64,000 nt of DNA from Desulfobacterales bacterium (GTDB taxonomy: Bacteria > Desulfobacterota > Desulfobacteria > Desulfobacterales > UBA5616): assembly GCA_046483495.1 (NCBI GenBank), contig JAWODC010000070.1, forward strand, positions 93,558-157,557, in the 5' to 3' direction. This document shows, in pieces, positions 58,708 through 64,000 of this stretch. Each line of letters opens with the position of its first letter. Position 1 is the first letter of the stretch. Made by a program: the position numbers and the translations under genes. The notes under the pieces were generated by a model, which ran no database searches, was not told the origin of the DNA, and worked only from the letters and a program-made list of their open reading frames with translations.

Positions 58708-59549
58708 GGACTATGGGTTCCGGACTGAATGCGCATGCTCAAATCGACGGATCGTGCCGAATGGGTCAGCGCCCCGGCTGAAATGATGTCCACACCGGCA
58801 TCGGCCAGCTTTGACAGGTCCTCTTTCTTGATGCCCCCCGACACCTCCACCAAAGCTTTTTTGTCGATCAGTTTAACGGCCTCCCGGATCCGGTCCAGGT
58901 TCATGTTGTCCAGCATGATCACGTCCGCGCCCGCCGCCAGGGCCTCTTCGACTTCGGCCATATTCGAAACCTCCACTTCGATTTTGACGAGGTGGTGGAT
59001 GCGGCTTCGAATCGTTTCGACGGCGGTGCGAATTCCCCCGGCCGCAGCGATGTGATTGTCTTTGATCAGCACACCGTCATACAGGCCCATACGGTGGTTT
59101 CCGGCGCCGCCGACGCGAACGGCGTATTTTTCCAATACCCGAAGCCCCGGGGTGGTTTTGCGCGTATCCACCAGCCTGGCGCGGGTTTTGCCCATTTCCT
59201 CGACATGGGCGCGCACAAAGGTGGCGATGCCGGACAGATGCTGCAGGAAATTCAAGGCCGTGCGCTCACCCATCAAAAGGGTTCGCATCGTTGCTGAAAT
59301 TTCCATGACGACATCGCCGGTTTTAACCGCATCGCCGTCCCGAAACGGCAATGAAACCGCCGGTGAAGGTTCGAGCAGTTCGAACACCCGGCCGGCTACC
59401 TGAAGCCCTGCGATGACCAGCGGCTCTTTCGCCACGATAATGCCTTTTCCGCGGTCTTCCGGCAAGACGAGGTTTTCGGTGGTGATGTCCCCGGCTCCGA
59501 TATCCTCGGCAAGGGCGATTTTGATCCGATCGTCGGTGGCCTGCACCAT
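58704..59549 (-). CDS. nadC: Nicotinate-nucleotide pyrophosphorylase
   Basis: EDIGAGDIT, DTRKTTPG, HRMGLYD, LIKDNH, MLDNM. Confidence 0.97.
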   Translation of the reverse strand: MVQATDDRIKIALAEDIGAGDITTENLVLPEDRGKGIIVAKEPLVIAGLQVAGRVFELLEPSPAVSLPFRDGDAVKTGDVVMEISATMRTLLMGERTALNFLQHLSGIATFVRAHVEEMGKTRARLVDTRKTTPGLRVLEKYAVRVGGAGNHRMGLYDGVLIKDNHIAAAGGIRTAVETIRSRIHHLVKIEVEVSNMAEVEEALAAGADVIMLDNMNLDRIREAVKLIDKKALVEVSGGIKKEDLSKLADAGVDIISAGALTHSARSVDLSMRIQSGTHSP

Positions 59550-59610
59550 GCTTCCCCCCCCGCCGTCCGACCCTGTCCGATGCAGGCATCGGCGGCGCTT
59601 GTTTTTTGAT

Positions 59611-62274
59611 TCAGCCCGCCAGAGATTTTATCTTTTCAAGGCTTGCGGTCAGCTTCCGGTGCTTTTCGGCACATGCCGCCTCTTTTTCCTTGACGTTGTC
59701 CACCACGTGAGCCGGCGCCTTGGTGAGAAAATCGTCATTGTTGAGCTTCTTGGAAATATGGGAGAGCTCCTTGCTCAATTTCGTGATTTCCTTGTCCAGC
59801 CGCTCGGCCTCTTTTTTGAAGTCGATGATGCCTTCGAGGTGGACATAGATCACGGCGCCTTCGATAATGGCGGAGGCGGCCGATTTGGGCCGGTCTCCGG
59901 CGGGTTGGACGTCCATCGACTCGAGGCGCGCCAGGTTGCGGATTACCGGGTACTGGCCGGCCAGCAGATCTCTACGGTGTTCATCCGTACAGTGAATCAG
60001 GACCGTAAGCGACATGGACGGCTGTATGTTCATTTCCCCGCGGATGTTGCGGATGCCGGTGATCACCTCGGTTATGAACCTCATGTCGTTTTCGGCATCG
60101 TCATCCGTTCGGCGGAGGCTCGGTTCGTCGCGATCGGTTAAAAACGGCGCATACATGATCGACCCCTCGCACCCGGGCAGCTTATGCCAGATCTCCTCCG
60201 TGACGAAGGGAATGAACGGGTGAAGCAGAATGAGGGTTTCCTTGAGCACGTGATACAGCACGCTTACGGTCGCGTTTTTTTTGCCCTCCCCTTCATCCCC
60301 GTAAAGGGTCGGTTTCACGGCCTCCAGGTGCCAGTCGCAGAATTCGTGCCAGACAAACTGGTAAAGGGTGGCCGCGGCCTCGTTGAAACGGTAGTCGTCC
60401 AGGGCATCCTGCACCGCCTCCGCCACGCGGTTTAACCGGGACAGTATCCACCGGTCGGATAGCGACATGTCGTTTTCATCGGGATAGCCGTAGGGCCGGT
60501 CGATATGCATCAGGCAGAACCGCGCCGCGTTCCAGATCTTGTTGATGAAATGGCGGTATCCCTCCACGCGCTTTTCAGACATCTTGACGTCCCGTCCCTG
60601 GGCGGCGAATGCGGCAAGGGTGAAACGGAAGGCGTCCGTTCCGTAGTCATCGATCACGCTCAGCGGGTCAATGACGTTTCCCTTGGACTTGCTCATCTTC
60701 TTGCCGTCCTCGTCCCGGACCAGGGCATGCACGTACACATCCTTGAAGGGTACCTCCTTCATGAAATGGAGCCCCATCATCATCATGCGGGCCACCCAGA
60801 AAAACAGGATGTCGAAGGCGGTGACCAGCACGGAGGTAGGGTAGAATTTTTTCAGAAGGTCCGTGTTTTCCGGCCATCCCATGGTGGAGAAGGGCCACAG
60901 GGCGGAACTGAACCAGGTGTCCAGGAAACCGACGTCCTGGACCGGTTTGGATCCCGGACAGTCCGGGCACGTCTCGGGGGCTTCCATGGCCACGATCACC
61001 TTGCCGCAGCTCTCGCAGGTCCAGGCCGGAATCTGGTGGCCCCACCAGATCTGGCGGGAAATGCACCAGTCCCGAATGTTCTCCATCCAGTCGAAGTAGG
61101 TTTTCGCCCATGCTTCGGGAATGATCCGGGTTTTGCCGGCCTTTACCGCTTCGATCGCCTTCTCGGCAAGGGGTTTTGCAGACACGAACCACTGCCGTGA
61201 GAGGTTCGGCTCGATGACGGTTTTGCACCGGTAGCAATGGCCGATGCTGTGGACATGGGGCGTGATCTTTTTCAGCAGCCCTTCTTCTTTCAGGGCATCC
61301 ACCACCGCCTCGCGCGCCTTGAACCGGTCCAAGCCCGCGAACCGGCCGGCCTCCTCGATCATGGTGCCGTCGTCGCCGATAACCTTTACGCTGTCCAGGT
61401 CGTGGCGCTGTCCGATTTCGAAGTCGTTCGGGTCGTGGGCGGGGGTGACCTTCAGTCCGCCGCTGCCGAATGACATATCCACGTATTCATCCTTGATGAT
61501 CGGTATTTCCCGGTTCATCAGGGGCAGGATCACCGATTTTTTTCGGATGCCTTTGTACCGCTTGTCCTCTGGGTTGATGGCGACGGCCGTGTCCCCCAGC
61601 ATGGTTTCGGGACGGGTGGTCGCCACTACAATCCCGTCTTTCTTGCCGGGAAAGGGATACAGAATGTGATAGAGGTGGCCGTTGTGCTCTTCGTGGTCCA
61701 CCTCGAGGTCGGACAGGGCCGTGTGGCACCGGGGGCACCAGTTGATGATGTAATAGCCGCGGTAGATCAGCCCCTCTTCATACAGCTGCACGAACACCTT
61801 GCGGACGGCCTTGGAAAGCCCTTCGTCCATGGTGAAGCGCTCGCGGTCCCAGTCGCAGGAGGCGCCGAGCCGCTTGAGCTGGTTGATGATGGCGCTTCCC
61901 GACTCCCGGCGCCAGTCCCACACCGCTTCGATGAACTTTTCCCGGCCGATCCGGTGCCGGGTAACGCCCTCGGCGGCCAGCTTCTTTTCCACCACATTCT
62001 GGGTGGCGATGCCCGCATGGTCGGTGCCCGGCATCCAAAGAACGCTGTCGCCCCGCAGGCGGCGGTACCGGCACAGGATGTCCTGAAGCGTGTTGTTCAG
62101 GGCATGGCCCATGTGAAGGACGCCGGTGACGTTGGGAGGCGGAATGACTATGGAGTAAGGCGGTTTTCCGTCCCTGGTGGAAGCGGCAAACAGCTTGTTT
62201 TTTTCCCAATAGTCATACCATCGCTTTTCAACGTCGTGCGGTTCGTAACCCTTGTCGATGTTTTCCAAACTCAT
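59611..62274 (-). CDS. valS: Valine--tRNA ligase
   Basis: PPPNVTG.LHMGH, TTRPET, WCISRQ, KMSKS, C-terminal coiled coil. Confidence 0.98.
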   Translation of the reverse strand: MSLENIDKGYEPHDVEKRWYDYWEKNKLFAASTRDGKPPYSIVIPPPNVTGVLHMGHALNNTLQDILCRYRRLRGDSVLWMPGTDHAGIATQNVVEKKLAAEGVTRHRIGREKFIEAVWDWRRESGSAIINQLKRLGASCDWDRERFTMDEGLSKAVRKVFVQLYEEGLIYRGYYIINWCPRCHTALSDLEVDHEEHNGHLYHILYPFPGKKDGIVVATTRPETMLGDTAVAINPEDKRYKGIRKKSVILPLMNREIPIIKDEYVDMSFGSGGLKVTPAHDPNDFEIGQRHDLDSVKVIGDDGTMIEEAGRFAGLDRFKAREAVVDALKEEGLLKKITPHVHSIGHCYRCKTVIEPNLSRQWFVSAKPLAEKAIEAVKAGKTRIIPEAWAKTYFDWMENIRDWCISRQIWWGHQIPAWTCESCGKVIVAMEAPETCPDCPGSKPVQDVGFLDTWFSSALWPFSTMGWPENTDLLKKFYPTSVLVTAFDILFFWVARMMMMGLHFMKEVPFKDVYVHALVRDEDGKKMSKSKGNVIDPLSVIDDYGTDAFRFTLAAFAAQGRDVKMSEKRVEGYRHFINKIWNAARFCLMHIDRPYGYPDENDMSLSDRWILSRLNRVAEAVQDALDDYRFNEAAATLYQFVWHEFCDWHLEAVKPTLYGDEGEGKKNATVSVLYHVLKETLILLHPFIPFVTEEIWHKLPGCEGSIMYAPFLTDRDEPSLRRTDDDAENDMRFITEVITGIRNIRGEMNIQPSMSLTVLIHCTDEHRRDLLAGQYPVIRNLARLESMDVQPAGDRPKSAASAIIEGAVIYVHLEGIIDFKKEAERLDKEITKLSKELSHISKKLNNDDFLTKAPAHVVDNVKEKEAACAEKHRKLTASLEKIKSLAG

Positions 62275-62360
62275 GTGTAAATAAACTCCTCGATTCCAAT
62301 CGCGCCCGCCTGTTTGTGATACCTAATTTATATAGTAGGTCTCTATAGATGTCCTGTCCG

Positions 62361-62502
62361 GTGTCCATCCATAAATAGGAAAATTCGCTTCAGTTCGAGG
62401 CGGCCGGGATTTTAACCTCAGGCATACGGTATTCGTATTGTGAGCATTAAAATTTCCGGCCGACGCAAAAATGGAGCGAATCCGCCATTTCTGGATGGGC
62501 AT
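62361..62502. repeat. Dispersed palindromic element, copy C
   Basis: GTGTCCATCCATAAAT...ATTTCTGGATGGGCAT; same length as copy B. Confidence 0.82.
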
Positions 62503-62624
62503 CGCCAGAATGCCTCATCTAAGCCAAAAAGTCCAACAATGGATCGAAAACGCCAAAAAAAAGGATCGTTCAAATCCCCGCAAAATGGCCGTCTTGTGAA
62601 TCGCTGCTTTTCCGGTGTGAAGGA

Positions 62625-63041
62625 TCACTCGGCCGGCGGTTCGCTTTCCCGGACGATTTTCTCGATGAGTCCGTAGATCTTTTCGATTTCCGCCTGAATG
62701 ATTTCTTCGGCCTTTTTCATCACCAACATCTCGATCTTTTCCGAGTAGACCCTTTCGATCACGTTTTGGATGACCGCTTCGAGACGATTCAACGGAATGG
62801 CAACGCTCTCGGTTTCGTCCACATCGGCATCTGAAACGCCCTCCCCGATCACATCGGCCACCAATCGCCCCAGGTCCGTATCCCCCTCACCATCCTCTTC
62901 CTCCTCATCGGAGAAAAGCGCTTCCGGCATGGTGCTACCGGAATTGCCGGCCTCGGGGCGAACGACACGGGTTAAGTCGATGACCTCGTTTTCATCCGGC
63001 GCATCCGCGGGCCGATCCATATCGTTCCGGTCGTCATCCAT
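62625..63041 (-). CDS. Acidic hypothetical protein with PopZ/DUF2497-like architecture
   Basis: EVIDLT motif, acidic linker, C-terminal amphipathic helices; co-oriented upstream of valS. Confidence 0.7.
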   Translation of the reverse strand: MDDDRNDMDRPADAPDENEVIDLTRVVRPEAGNSGSTMPEALFSDEEEEDGEGDTDLGRLVADVIGEGVSDADVDETESVAIPLNRLEAVIQNVIERVYSEKIEMLVMKKAEEIIQAEIEKIYGLIEKIVRESEPPAE

Positions 63042-63074
63042 CGTCTTTTTCCGAAAATATCGTGCAATCCTGCG

Positions 63075-63103
63075 CATCTACCATACACCTCATGTGCTGT
63101 CAA
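63075..63103 (-). promoter_or_regulatory. Putative sigma70 promoter for the PopZ-like gene and valS
   Basis: TTGACA-17 bp-TAGATG with extended -10 TG; favours the start at 63041 over 63077. Confidence 0.45.
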
Positions 63104-63191
63104 GCCGCTTGAGTTATTCGATTTTCTCGTGTTTTCCACTACTTGCAAAAAAGGATTGCATACGCGGCCGAGGGCGGTATAAAGGGGTGCT

Positions 63192-63935
63192 ATGCGCTAC
63201 GTCTATATTGATCAGACCCCGAATCCCGGCGAAACCGTTCTCGTAACCGGCGGAGACAAGCACCACATCACGTCCGTGCTGCGGCTCAAGCCCGGGGACG
63301 TCATCGGCCTGCTCGACGGCCGCGGCTTCGAATACCCCTCTGAAATCATCGCGATCTCAACCAAATCGGTCGAGGTCCGCGTCAAGGAAAAGAATCCGGT
63401 GGCCACCGAATCGCCGGTGGATATTACCGTAGCCCAGGGATATTTAAAAGAAAAAAAAATGGACGACCTCGTCCGGCAGCTGACCGAACTGGGGATCGCC
63501 CGGTGGATGCCGTTCATGGCCGCCCGATCCGTCCCCAAACCGGATCAAAAACAGCTCGCCCACCGCATGAAACGATGGCAGGCCATCACCAAGGAGGCCG
63601 TGAAACAGTGCCGCCGGGGCCGGGTCATGGCGATCGGCACCCCCCTGTCATTCGAAGACATGCTGAACGCCGCCGCCGGCTGCGACATTAAAATCGTCTT
63701 CTGGGAATCCCAAGTCAGCCGGCAGCAAACCAGTCTTCAGGCTGCTGCCCCCGATCCCGGCACCCGAGTCTTCGTCATCATCGGACCCGAAGGCGGCCTG
63801 ACCGAAGCCGAAGTCAACCATGCCAAATCACAAGGATTTATCGTCGCCGGCCTCGCCCCCCGCATCCTCCGTGCCGAAACGGCCACCCTCCCCGCCTGCA
63901 CACTGGTGCAGCACCTGTTCGGGGACATGAGGTAA
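63192..63935 (+). CDS. rsmE: 16S rRNA m3U1498 methyltransferase
   Basis: HITSVLRL, TELG, EAVKQCRR, IGPEGG, RILRAETA. Confidence 0.95.
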   Translation: MRYVYIDQTPNPGETVLVTGGDKHHITSVLRLKPGDVIGLLDGRGFEYPSEIIAISTKSVEVRVKEKNPVATESPVDITVAQGYLKEKKMDDLVRQLTELGIARWMPFMAARSVPKPDQKQLAHRMKRWQAITKEAVKQCRRGRVMAIGTPLSFEDMLNAAAGCDIKIVFWESQVSRQQTSLQAAAPDPGTRVFVIIGPEGGLTEAEVNHAKSQGFIVAGLAPRILRAETATLPACTLVQHLFGDMR

Positions 63936-63992
63936 AAACCTCTTGACATCCCCCCCGCCTTTCTATAGAAAAAAAAGCTTAAACCACCGCAC

Positions 63993-64000
63993 GCCGAGGT
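63993..64000 (+). tRNA. Possible 5' end of a tRNA (Leu-like) cut by the window edge
   Basis: GCCGAGGT follows a TTGACA element at 63943; only 8 nt visible. Confidence 0.25.

Overview
Bacterial chromosomal window. Gene content and order suggest a Desulfobacterales-like deltaproteobacterium (inference). 1-20.5 kb is accessory: three tandem paralogous proteins of unknown function (the first cut by the window edge, the other two with signal peptides), an amidase/SDR/flavodoxin block, a multi-PAS hybrid kinase, nfi-GNAT-HD genes and an atypical AddAB-like nuclease/helicase pair just downstream of tRNA-Gln(CUG). 20.6-42.3 kb is core genome: gltX, rpmF-fabG-acpP-fabF-rpiB-glyA-deaminase-nrdR-ribD-ribE-ribBA-ribH-nusB, ispG-proS-rel, rpmB, bamD, trxBA and purN. 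42.4-51.2 kb is a minus-strand acyl-CoA cluster built around an ethylmalonyl-CoA-mutase-type B12 enzyme plus MeaB. 51.4-64 kb holds ndk, trmJ, leuCD, lepA, REC-GGDEF, a rhomboid-DnaJ_C fusion, nadC, valS, a PopZ-like acidic protein and rsmE. Best candidates for novelty: (1) the paralog trio, a possible hetero-oligomeric extracellular or pore-like system; (2) a dispersed ~142-bp hairpin element with compensatory stem changes; (3) a PopZ-like protein upstream of valS; (4) an 8-bp hairpin-bounded micro-inversion that scrambles the conserved DVLDTW motif of valS; (5) the Ecm-type cluster. Homology calls are from motif recognition by eye; no searches were run.
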